From a virus (taxonomy: Duplodnaviria; Caudoviricetes), in the IMG/VR virus record IMGVR_UViG_3300030372_003450, positions 1 through 33,886 of that record: a DNA stretch of 33,886 bases, one strand, 5' to 3'. The notes beneath the pieces were generated by a model that searched no databases, was not told the DNA's origin, and saw nothing but the letters and a program-made list of their open reading frames with translations. Positions 1-7,818 of the stretch are shown here, in pieces. A program made the position numbers and the translations under genes. Every line of letters begins with the position of its first letter. Position 1 is the stretch's first letter.

Positions 1-99
1 ACTAAGAATTTTTTAAATTATGAACGAAAAAACAACAATAGAATTACTAAACGAAAAATTTAAAACGAATTTAATTTTATCAAAAAATAAATTTTGTGA
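1..99. repeat. Terminal direct repeat, copy 1 (circular-assembly overlap)
   Basis: Bases 1-99 (actaagaatt...ttttgtga) are identical to 33788-33886. Confidence 0.95.
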
Positions 100-412
100 T
101 TACGATGCTGAAGATAAAAATTATATTGTTGAGGTAAAGAATAGAAAAGAATTTTACAAGGATAAATTAATTGAATGCGTAAAGCTTTTTAAAAATTATC
201 AAAATTCACAGATTAAAAACAAAGATTTTTTATACATTGTAACAGATGAAAAAGGTGTTTATGTTTTTAATATTTCAAAAAATATTGATGAAATTACTTC
301 GGGTAAAATGTATAAAACACTTCAACCGGAAACAACTGAATTTAATTCAACTAAAGAAATAAATAAATACGTTTACTTTTTAGACACTAAACTTTCAAAA
401 CAAATAAAATGA
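20..412 (+). CDS. Putative PD-(D/E)XK-fold nuclease
   Basis: YDAEDKNYIVEVKNR fits the D...ExK catalytic pattern. Follows the adenine MTase across the circular junction. Confidence 0.55.
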   Translation: MNEKTTIELLNEKFKTNLILSKNKFCDYDAEDKNYIVEVKNRKEFYKDKLIECVKLFKNYQNSQIKNKDFLYIVTDEKGVYVFNISKNIDEITSGKMYKTLQPETTEFNSTKEINKYVYFLDTKLSKQIK

Positions 413-732
413 TAATAGACATAATAACAAATAAAGCGAAATTGGAAAAGATTGTGCAAGATTTAAAAAAGAAATATACGATCCAAAACCCAAAATCAAA
501 AGCCGAAGCATTTAAACCGATTCCGGCAAATGCTAAAAACATTATTAACGATATAACCGAAGCAATTAAATTCATTGGTTGTTTAGTTGAATTAAACAAT
601 GATTACGCCAAAGAACACAAGAAAAATGAAATAATGCTAACAAAACAAGCGGTGAAAATTGGCATCCAGGAAGCAGAAATCAAGAAATTGAAGCGAATTA
701 ATGAAAGATTATTGAAAAATGTTAAAATTTAA
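409..732 (+). CDS. Hypothetical protein with C-terminal coiled coil
   Basis: ATGA overlap with the upstream gene; helical K/E-rich C-terminus. Confidence 0.6.
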   Translation: MIIDIITNKAKLEKIVQDLKKKYTIQNPKSKAEAFKPIPANAKNIINDITEAIKFIGCLVELNNDYAKEHKKNEIMLTKQAVKIGIQEAEIKKLKRINERLLKNVKI

Positions 733-734
733 TT

Positions 735-1175
735 ATGTTGTTAGACTTATCAAAAGCATTTGAAGCAAAGAAAGCACAAACAAAGCTTTCACAACTTATT
801 GAAAAAGGTGCTAAAATTGAATTGACTGAAAAAAAAGCAATGCGATCAGTTAAACAAAATTCATATTTACACGCAATATTAACGATTTTTGCTATTGAAT
901 ACGGTGAAACAATCGAATATACTAAACAAACAATTTTCAAAGCAACTGTAAACGCTGAATTATTTATTTACGAAAGGACTAATAAAAAAACCGGTGAAAT
1001 TCGTGAAGATTTAAAGAGTACAAAAAACATTTCAAAAGATGAAATGAATATTGCAATTGAAAAATTTAGAAATTTTGCTTCAGATAATGGAATTTATTTA
1101 ATGGATGCCGAAGAATTTAAACAGAATTATTTTTTGGTCCAGCAGATGGAAGAAGAAAATAAAATATATTTATAA
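735..1175 (+). CDS. NinB/DUF1367-like recombination-associated protein
   Basis: RSVKQNSYLH and STKNISKDEMNIAIEKFRNFASDNGIYL resemble NinB-family motifs; lies near ninG. Confidence 0.6.
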   Translation: MLLDLSKAFEAKKAQTKLSQLIEKGAKIELTEKKAMRSVKQNSYLHAILTIFAIEYGETIEYTKQTIFKATVNAELFIYERTNKKTGEIREDLKSTKNISKDEMNIAIEKFRNFASDNGIYLMDAEEFKQNYFLVQQMEEENKIYL

Positions 1176-1218
1176 CACAAAACTAAAAAAGCGTTTTAAT
1201 GTTTTTTAGATAACGTTA
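1173..1218. repeat. Imperfect inverted repeat with attC-like architecture
   Basis: TAAC(1173-1176)...CTAAAAAA(1183-1190)/TTTTTTAG(1202-1209)...GTTA(1215-1218). Confidence 0.45.
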
Positions 1219-1229
1219 AAAAATGAAAT

Positions 1230-1499
1230 ATGAAAGCTAAATTAAAATTATTTTGTCCGCTTTGCGAAAATTTATTTACAACGCATAAAAGTAATAAAAT
1301 ATGGTGCGGTAATGAATGCAGAGAAAAGCACGAAAAAGTTAAAATGCTGGTAAAAGTAAATCAAGAAAAACAAAAAACTTTTAAAAATGAAAATTTGGAA
1401 TATAACTTTGAAAGAGATACTTTTTCCATCAAAGGTTGGAAAACTGCAAATGAAGAACAAAGAAAGGAATTAATAAAAAAAGTCTATAAATATGTATAA
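1230..1499 (+). CDS. Small zinc-ribbon protein
   Basis: CPLC...WCGNEC motif, similar to the N-terminal Cys motifs of the downstream NinG. Confidence 0.6.
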   Translation: MKAKLKLFCPLCENLFTTHKSNKIWCGNECREKHEKVKMLVKVNQEKQKTFKNENLEYNFERDTFSIKGWKTANEEQRKELIKKVYKYV

Positions 1500-1722
1500 A
1501 ATAGTTTTTAATTTTAAAAAGGATTTGGATAAAAGTATAATGGTTCAAAAGAAAACAAAGAAGATGAACAAAATCTTTTTTATTCCGAAATCAATTATAT
1601 TAGACCAAAAAATTTATACTAAAGAAAAAAACCTTTGGAAAGATTTAAAGTATGAAGTTGAAAGAATTGAATTAACACTTCCAAAATGGTATTGTCAAAA
1701 AGAATTAGGATTTTATAAATGA
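1492..1722 (+). CDS. Hypothetical protein
   Basis: Overlaps both neighbours in a tightly coupled operon. Confidence 0.55.
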   Translation: MYKIVFNFKKDLDKSIMVQKKTKKMNKIFFIPKSIILDQKIYTKEKNLWKDLKYEVERIELTLPKWYCQKELGFYK

Positions 1723-2363
1723 AATGTAAAGTTTGCAACATAAAATTTGAAGTAGTTTATTTTAATCAAAAGTTTTGTTCCAACGAATGCAAACACAAAG
1801 CCGAAAAGGAACCAAAGAAGAAACCTAAACGACTTTATAAATGTAAACAATGCAAAACACCATTTGAAAGAATGAAGCCTTTACAAGCGGTTTGTTCCCC
1901 AATTTGCGCAATTGAATATTCAAAGGTGTTGGAAGAAAAAAAGAAACGCAAAGAAACGCGCGAATTGAAGCAATCAATGAAAACTTGGATGGATTACTAT
2001 CAAGATGCTTTGAAAGTGTTTAATTCATACATCAGAGAACGCGACAAAAACGAAAAATGTATTTCTTGTGATGCTGCTCCAGGAACTTACCGATTAACAA
2101 GCGGACATTACTTTCCACAAGGCCAAAATAAAAGTGTTGCACTTGATGAAGATAATGCTCACGCGCAATGTTGGTTTAATTGTAACAAAAATAAATCCGG
2201 AAACCTTGCGGAATATTATCCTCGATTGATTAAGAAGATAGGACAAAAAAGATTTTACGAATTAGAGCAACGAAAAAACAGTTTAAAAAAATATTCAATT
2301 CCGGAACTTATAGAAATAAAGATTATATTTAAAGACAAATTAAAAAAACTAAAAACAAAATGA
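1719..2363 (+). CDS. ninG: NinG/Rap-family endonuclease
   Basis: FNSYIRERD-CISC...GHYFP...DEDNAHAQC..CN..KSGN..EY...L..KIG pattern, preceded by two CxxC...CxxxC motifs. Confidence 0.85.
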   Translation: MKCKVCNIKFEVVYFNQKFCSNECKHKAEKEPKKKPKRLYKCKQCKTPFERMKPLQAVCSPICAIEYSKVLEEKKKRKETRELKQSMKTWMDYYQDALKVFNSYIRERDKNEKCISCDAAPGTYRLTSGHYFPQGQNKSVALDEDNAHAQCWFNCNKNKSGNLAEYYPRLIKKIGQKRFYELEQRKNSLKKYSIPELIEIKIIFKDKLKKLKTK

Positions 2364-3025
2364 AGATATTAGTAGCTTGTGAAGAAAGCCAGGCCGTAAC
2401 AATAGAATTGAGAAAATTAGGTCACGAAGCATATTCGTGTGATATTAAAGAATGTACCGGTGGTTATTCTGATTGGCATATTATAGGTGATGCTATTAAA
2501 ATTATGTACGATTCAACTTATAATTGGGAAATGATGATTGCTTTTCCACCTTGCACACATTTGGCGGTTAGTGGTGCAAAACATTTTGAAAAAAAGCGAA
2601 AAGATGGAAGGCAACAAGAAGCAATTGCTTTTTTTATGAAATTTGTTCACGCACCAATTGAAAGAATTGCGATTGAAAATCCTATTGGTATAATGAGCCA
2701 AATATACAGAAAGCCGGACCAAATTATTCAACCTTATTATTTCGGTGACGAAGCACAAAAATCAACTTGTTTGTGGCTTAAAAACTTAAATTTGTTAGAG
2801 CCGACAAATATTGTTTCAAAAGGTGAATTTTTTGAATTTATTGAAAAAAAAACCGGCAAATCTAAACGCCAACCTTTGTGGTATGCTGAAAGTTTAAGTA
2901 ATGCAAAATCAAATGAGGAACGAAGCACTTTGCGAAGTAAAACATTTCCAGGAATTGCAAAAGCAATGGCCGAACAATTTACAAAACCAAGAAAGCAATT
3001 AAACATATTTGATTTAGGTGCTTAA
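2360..3025 (+). CDS. Short C5-cytosine DNA methyltransferase-like protein
   Basis: FPPCTHL (motif IV PC) and IENP (motif VI). N-terminal ILVACEESQ stands where FxGxG would be. Confidence 0.75.
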   Translation: MKILVACEESQAVTIELRKLGHEAYSCDIKECTGGYSDWHIIGDAIKIMYDSTYNWEMMIAFPPCTHLAVSGAKHFEKKRKDGRQQEAIAFFMKFVHAPIERIAIENPIGIMSQIYRKPDQIIQPYYFGDEAQKSTCLWLKNLNLLEPTNIVSKGEFFEFIEKKTGKSKRQPLWYAESLSNAKSNEERSTLRSKTFPGIAKAMAEQFTKPRKQLNIFDLGA

Positions 3026-3044
3026 ATTTAAAACATAAAATGAT

Positions 3045-3052
3045 TATATTTG
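3045..3052 (+). promoter_or_regulatory. Bacteroidota-type -7 promoter box (TATATTTG)
   Basis: Intergenic TAnnTTTG ending 7 nt before ATG 3060. Confidence 0.55.
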
Positions 3053-3059
3053 TAATTAT

Positions 3060-3311
3060 ATGAAAGCGAAAACAGAATTTGTTGCCAATTTTAAAGAGAT
3101 TGAACAAGCACACCAACTTGGTTATGATCTACCCGATCCGGAAACAACCATTATAGATTTCAATTTTGATTTAAACGGAGTTGTTGCCTATTACATAAAC
3201 AACGATGGAAATATAAATTTATCTTTGTACGGTGAAATGTGGACCGTGCAATATGATAAAGCTATATTAAAGGCACTTGATAAACATTTAAACAGAAACG
3301 ACATAAAATAA
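3060..3311 (+). CDS. Hypothetical protein
   Basis: 83-aa ORF directly after a -7 box. Confidence 0.65.
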   Translation: MKAKTEFVANFKEIEQAHQLGYDLPDPETTIIDFNFDLNGVVAYYINNDGNINLSLYGEMWTVQYDKAILKALDKHLNRNDIK

Positions 3312-3315
3312 GAAT

Positions 3316-3447
3316 ATGAACAAAATGAAAAGATTAACAGACATTTTAAAAGGACTTTTGGCAATTGGAATAATTGTTTCAGTTACTCCTTTTATTGTTG
3401 TTTCAATTTGTTGGTACTTTGTAAAAATTTGGAATTTATTTTTTTAA
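3316..3447 (+). CDS. Small membrane protein, 43 aa (not in ORF track)
   Basis: MNKMKRLTDILKGLLAIGIIVSVTPFIVVSICWYFVKIWNLFF; fills the gap exactly and has one long hydrophobic segment. Confidence 0.6.
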   Translation: MNKMKRLTDILKGLLAIGIIVSVTPFIVVSICWYFVKIWNLFF

Positions 3448-3804
3448 ATGAAAATTGCCGAAATCATACAAGGAACATTTAACAAAGTTGTTGGAGTCAA
3501 TAAAGATTTAATGACATTCCGCACCGATTACGGTTGTAAAAGATGCGCTATTGGTTATGATTCCGAAGGTAATTATTCCGGATGGTGTAGAAGGCCCGAA
3601 GGCGGTTGTGGTTGTAAAACTGAATCAAAAGCTTCATTGATAAAAGCAAGATGTCCGAACGGTGTTTGGCAAAATAGAAAATTAAGCCAAAACGCATTAA
3701 TTAAAATAAATGAAGAAAGAAATTTTGTTTCCAGGAATCCAATTCAACCAAATGTTATTCTTGAATTAAACGGCAATAATTCAGTTATTGCAAATATTAT
3801 TTAA
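3448..3804 (+). CDS. Cys-rich putative metal-binding protein
   Basis: CKRC...WC...GCGC....K.....ARCPNGVW pattern. Confidence 0.65.
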   Translation: MKIAEIIQGTFNKVVGVNKDLMTFRTDYGCKRCAIGYDSEGNYSGWCRRPEGGCGCKTESKASLIKARCPNGVWQNRKLSQNALIKINEERNFVSRNPIQPNVILELNGNNSVIANII

Positions 3805-3806
3805 AA

Positions 3807-3989
3807 ATGAGAAGGCCAAGAATTGATTATTTAGATAGAATGATTCTGATTGCATACGAAAGCGGCGAAGCAAATTTCAGCGGTGTAAATGTTAAAAATA
3901 GAATAAAGTATTTAAAATTGAGAAGGTTTTTAGCAAACCGATTTATTAACAAAAGTAAAAGATTAGAGAAGAATGATAAAAGATTTTAA
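3807..3989 (+). CDS. Hypothetical basic protein
   Basis: 60-aa ORF with A-rich leader, coupled to its neighbours. Confidence 0.5.
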   Translation: MRRPRIDYLDRMILIAYESGEANFSGVNVKNRIKYLKLRRFLANRFINKSKRLEKNDKRF

Positions 3990-4134
3990 GCCTATGGATT
4001 TTTCAAAAAATTACACATACCAAGACAAAAAAATATACATAACACACGAAACAAAATATTATATTCTTTGTTCTTTCAATGAAGATGGAAAAGGTACTTT
4101 TAAATTAGATAAAAGTGAATTTAATTACAAATAA
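3973..4134 (+). CDS. Hypothetical protein, 53 aa (not in ORF track)
   Basis: MIKDFKPMDFSKNYTYQDKKIYITHETKYYILCSFNEDGKGTFKLDKSEFNYK fills the gap between 3807..3989 and 4115..4381. Confidence 0.5.
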   Translation: MIKDFKPMDFSKNYTYQDKKIYITHETKYYILCSFNEDGKGTFKLDKSEFNYK

Positions 4135-4381
4135 GTATTTAATAATTTTCTTTTCGGCTTTGTTTCTTGAAATAGGAAGTACAATGTACATTAATAGTGT
4201 TGCAGACAAAGAAATGATTAATACAATGTTTTGGGCCTTTGTTGGGCCATTTATCGCTTTACCTTTCGCTGGGTTTGTTGCTGATGAAAATTGGAAAGGA
4301 AGATTTTATTTAGCTTTATCAAGTGCATTTGGTTATGTAATAGGCGCGTTAATATCAATGACTTTTATATTAAACAATTAA
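4115..4381 (+). CDS. Small multi-pass membrane protein
   Basis: Three hydrophobic segments; GTG start. Confidence 0.65.
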   Translation: MNLITNKYLIIFFSALFLEIGSTMYINSVADKEMINTMFWAFVGPFIALPFAGFVADENWKGRFYLALSSAFGYVIGALISMTFILNN

Positions 4382-4392
4382 AACTATAAACA

Positions 4393-4632
4393 ATGAAAGA
4401 GGAAATATTAAACAGATATTTTGAAGAAAATTTATTAATTGCTGATGGTTTTGATGATGCTATAATTGGTATTGAACAAGATACAATGAGAATAATATAC
4501 TCAGTTAAAAAATGTATTAACATACTTGAAAAAGAAATGAGTTTTGAAGATGCAACGGAATATTTTTATATCAATGTGAATGATTCCTATGTTGGTAAAC
4601 AAACTCCGATTTGGTGTGTGGATAATATGTAA
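4393..4632 (+). CDS. Conserved phage hypothetical protein (acidic)
   Basis: ADGFDDAIIG...IYS..KC...EDA.EYF..NV...YVG..TP, a pattern I recognise from aquatic phages; function unknown. Confidence 0.7.
   Translation: MKEEILNRYFEENLLIADGFDDAIIGIEQDTMRIIYSVKKCINILEKEMSFEDATEYFYINVNDSYVGKQTPIWCVDNM
4617..4625 (-). promoter_or_regulatory. Perfect DnaA-box consensus upstream of the terS promoter
   Basis: TGTGGATAA on + is TTATCCACA on -. Function unproven. Confidence 0.3.
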
Positions 4633-4645
4633 ACAATTAATTCAC

Positions 4646-4653
4646 TAACTTTG
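4646..4653 (+). promoter_or_regulatory. -7 promoter box (TAACTTTG) for terS
   Basis: Intergenic TAnnTTTG ending 4 nt before ATG 4658. Confidence 0.6.
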
Positions 4654-4657
4654 TTAA

Positions 4658-5170
4658 ATGGGAAAGCTAACAGATAAGCAAGAAATGTTTTGTAAAGAGT
4701 ATTTAATTGATCTAAATGCAACACAAGCGGCAATTCGTGCTGGTTACTCCAAAAAGACTGCAAGTGTTATTGCAAATGAAAACCTTATAAAACCTTATAT
4801 TCAAAACAGAATTACAGAATTAAAAGAAAGCCGTTCAAATCGTATTGAAATGACTTCAGACGGCGTTTTAAAAGAACTTAAAAATTGGGTTCAAGGTGAC
4901 TATACTGATTTGATGATGTTAACCGCAAAACAGATAAAAGAACTTGCGCCCGAAATAAGAAGATTAATCACCGGATTCAAAAGAACAACGCGCCGGATTC
5001 CTGGAACTGATGAAGAAGAAATACAAATTGAAATTAAATTCATTGACAAAATCAAAGCAATGGAAATGATTTCAAAACACATTGGTTTTTATGAAAAAGA
5101 TAATTCGCAAAGTAATAAACAACCGATAATAATTAGTTTAGGAGAAGGAACAAAACCCAATGAAGATTGA
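4658..5170 (+). CDS. terS: Terminase small subunit
   Basis: KLTDKQEMFCKEYLIDLNATQAAIRAGYS.KTA...ENL.KP is the Terminase_2 N-terminal signature. Confidence 0.93.
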   Translation: MGKLTDKQEMFCKEYLIDLNATQAAIRAGYSKKTASVIANENLIKPYIQNRITELKESRSNRIEMTSDGVLKELKNWVQGDYTDLMMLTAKQIKELAPEIRRLITGFKRTTRRIPGTDEEEIQIEIKFIDKIKAMEMISKHIGFYEKDNSQSNKQPIIISLGEGTKPNED

Positions 5171-6456
5171 ATCTATTACCAAAACAAAACAACGCGGTTT
5201 ATTATTTAAAAGATAAATCAACAACAGAAATTTTATTTGGTGGTGCCGCCGGTGGTGGTAAATCTGCTTTTGGTTGTTTGTGGTTAATAGAAGGGTGTTT
5301 GTCATATCCGGGTTCACGTTGGTTAATGGGAAGAAGTAAACTAAAAACATTGAAAGAAACAACGCTAAACACTTTCTTTGAAATATCTTCACAACTTGGA
5401 ATAAATGAACATTGGATTTATAACAGTCAAAGCGGTGTTATTCAATTTATAAATGGTAGCCAAATAATATTAAAAGATTTATTTCTTTATCCTTCAGATC
5501 CACATTTTGATTCGCTTGGTTCTTTAGAAATCACCGGAGCATTTATTGACGAATGCAATCAAGTAAATTATAAAGCTTGGCAAGTTGTTAAATCAAGAAT
5601 TAGATACAAGTTAAAAGAATTTGATTTGATTCCGAAAATTTTAGGAAGTTGCAACCCGGCTAAAAATTGGACTTACAAACAATTTTACCGGCCTTACAAA
5701 AACAAAGAACTAATTGAATACAGAAAATTCATTCAGTCACTACCAAAAGATAATCCACATTTACCAAAATCCTATATTGAAAGTTTGAACCAATTGGATG
5801 AGGTAAGCCGACAACGTTTACTTTTGGGGAATTGGGAATACGATGATGATAAAAGCGCATTGATTTCGTATGATGCAATAATGGATTATTGGAACGGTCA
5901 ACAAGTGGAGCCAGGAACAACAAACTATTTAACAATTGATGTTGCAAGGAAAGGAAAAGATAAAACAGTTTTTAGAGTTTGGAAGGGTTTTGTTTGTGTT
6001 AATCGTTTTGAATTTGGCAAATCATTAATTAATGAAGTTGTTGATAAAGCAAAAGAAATACAAAGAGAATATAAAATTAGCAATTCAAATACAATAGCTG
6101 ATGAAGATGGTGTTGGTGGTGGTGTTGTTGATTATCTTGGTTGCATTGGATTCGTTAACAATAGCCGACCGGCACTTGGTGAAAATTATGACAACTTAAA
6201 AAATCAATGTTCTATCCGAATGGCAAAAAGAATTGAAGCGCGTGAAGTTGTGGAAATTTGCAATGATTCAAATATTATTGATATTGTTTCTGAAGAAATG
6301 GAACAAATTAAACTAAAAGACATCGATAAAGATGGAAAATTAGGATTGATTCCAAAAGATAAAATAAAAGCTTTAATTGGCCGTTCGCCGGATGATTGGG
6401 ATTCGATTATGATGCGCGAATACTTTGAGTTGTACGGCGGTTTTTATGTAGATTAA
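5167..6456 (+). CDS. terL: Terminase large subunit
   Basis: Walker A GGAAGGGKS, Walker B AFIDE, coupling motif SCNP, nuclease IDVARKGKD...SPDDWD. Confidence 0.93.
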   Translation: MNLLPKQNNAVYYLKDKSTTEILFGGAAGGGKSAFGCLWLIEGCLSYPGSRWLMGRSKLKTLKETTLNTFFEISSQLGINEHWIYNSQSGVIQFINGSQIILKDLFLYPSDPHFDSLGSLEITGAFIDECNQVNYKAWQVVKSRIRYKLKEFDLIPKILGSCNPAKNWTYKQFYRPYKNKELIEYRKFIQSLPKDNPHLPKSYIESLNQLDEVSRQRLLLGNWEYDDDKSALISYDAIMDYWNGQQVEPGTTNYLTIDVARKGKDKTVFRVWKGFVCVNRFEFGKSLINEVVDKAKEIQREYKISNSNTIADEDGVGGGVVDYLGCIGFVNNSRPALGENYDNLKNQCSIRMAKRIEAREVVEICNDSNIIDIVSEEMEQIKLKDIDKDGKLGLIPKDKIKALIGRSPDDWDSIMMREYFELYGGFYVD

Positions 6457-6474
6457 TTAATTAAAAAATTTGTT

Positions 6475-6482
6475 TAACTTTG
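6475..6482 (+). promoter_or_regulatory. -7 promoter box (TAACTTTG) for the portal/head genes
   Basis: Intergenic TAnnTTTG identical to the terS box. Confidence 0.55.
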
Positions 6483-6500
6483 TAAAAAGATTTTTCACGA

Positions 6501-7748
6501 ATGGGAATATTTTCAAATTGGTTTCAAGATGCAACGGAAAGACCGGAAGTTGCCGTTTATCAAATAGGTTCAAATTTCGACATTGGCAAAACTGAAGGCG
6601 TTATTGATAAAGCCTATATTAACAATGGCGATGTTTACGCAATTGTGAAAAAGATTGCCGATAATGCAAAACACATTCCGCGTGAACTTTGGCGAAAAGA
6701 TAACGGTGAATGGTCGCAAGTTACTGAAGGCGATTTGTTTCAAATAGTAACCAAAAGACCAAACGATTACCAAAACATTCACGATTTTGTCGAGCAATCA
6801 ATAACAAACTTATTAACGAAAGGAAACACTTTCAGACGCGGCCGAAAAACTCCCGGATTCGGTGATGCGTTCCAAGAAATCATAATGGTTAACAATAATA
6901 TTTTAACTATTGATTGCAAGATTGAAGATTTCAATTATATTCCTAAACAATACAAATTAGAACTTGGAAAGAACAAATTAATCGTGCCGGTTGAAGATAT
7001 GAACCACGTTAAGTTTTATAATCCTTCAGATTATGGGATGTCAAGTTGTTTGGGCCTTTCACCTTTACAAGCTGGATTGCTTTCTTTGGTTGCTTCAAAT
7101 GATAACAAAACGGCTCAATCTGTTTTGGTCCGAAATCAAGGAATCAGAGGTTTAATAACTTCACGATCCGAACGCGCACAAACACCGGAAGAAAGAAATC
7201 AAATTCAACAAGCGGCCGACAATAGAATGATGGGCGCAAGTAAATTTGGAAAAGCAATTGCAACTTCAGCAAATGTTGATTTCATTCAAATGGGAATGGA
7301 TGCGACACAATTAAAAATAATTGAAAGCGCGGTTATGAAGTTGCGTGATTTATGCAATCTTTATGGTGTTGATTCGTCATTGTTTAACGATCCGGCAAAT
7401 AAAACATATAACAACCGAAAAGAAGCGGAAAAATCAATGTTTACAAATGCGGTTATTCCGGTAAATGCAAAAGATATTCAAAGCCTTTCCGAATGGTTAC
7501 TCCCGGCCTGGAACGAAAGAGACAACACAACGTATGAGATTAGACAAAATCTTTCTTCTATTCCGGTGCTTCACGAGGATGAAGATAAAAGGGCCGCGAA
7601 ACAAGAAAAGATTAGCAAAATAATTATTAGTATCTTAGAAGCGCAAATTTCAAACGACCAAAAAGTTTATTCTTTAATACGTTCGTTAAATTTGTCTGAA
7701 GATGAAGCAAAAGAAATTGTTGGAAATGAAACACAAGAAATTGACTAA
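6501..7748 (+). CDS. HK97-family portal protein
   Basis: VYAIVKKIAD, PNDYQN, LLTKGN, GLSPL, LCNLYGV, TYNNRKEA motifs; follows terL. Confidence 0.92.
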   Translation: MGIFSNWFQDATERPEVAVYQIGSNFDIGKTEGVIDKAYINNGDVYAIVKKIADNAKHIPRELWRKDNGEWSQVTEGDLFQIVTKRPNDYQNIHDFVEQSITNLLTKGNTFRRGRKTPGFGDAFQEIIMVNNNILTIDCKIEDFNYIPKQYKLELGKNKLIVPVEDMNHVKFYNPSDYGMSSCLGLSPLQAGLLSLVASNDNKTAQSVLVRNQGIRGLITSRSERAQTPEERNQIQQAADNRMMGASKFGKAIATSANVDFIQMGMDATQLKIIESAVMKLRDLCNLYGVDSSLFNDPANKTYNNRKEAEKSMFTNAVIPVNAKDIQSLSEWLLPAWNERDNTTYEIRQNLSSIPVLHEDEDKRAAKQEKISKIIISILEAQISNDQKVYSLIRSLNLSEDEAKEIVGNETQEID

Positions 7749-7818
7749 AAAAGAAATTGAAAAGTTAAAGAAATCAAAGGTAAAATCTTTGAATGAAAAT
7801 AAACTGATTAAGAAATGA
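7726..7818 (+). CDS. Lysine-rich 30-aa peptide (not in ORF track)
   Basis: MKHKKLTKKEIEKLKKSKVKSLNENKLIKK; overlaps the portal end and has an ATGA overlap with the protease start. Confidence 0.5.
   Translation: MKHKKLTKKEIEKLKKSKVKSLNENKLIKK

Noticed and set aside
1-99. Terminal repeat as a biological direct terminal repeat
   Set aside because: Exactly 99 bp and ending mid-gene, typical of a k-mer overlap from circular assembly.
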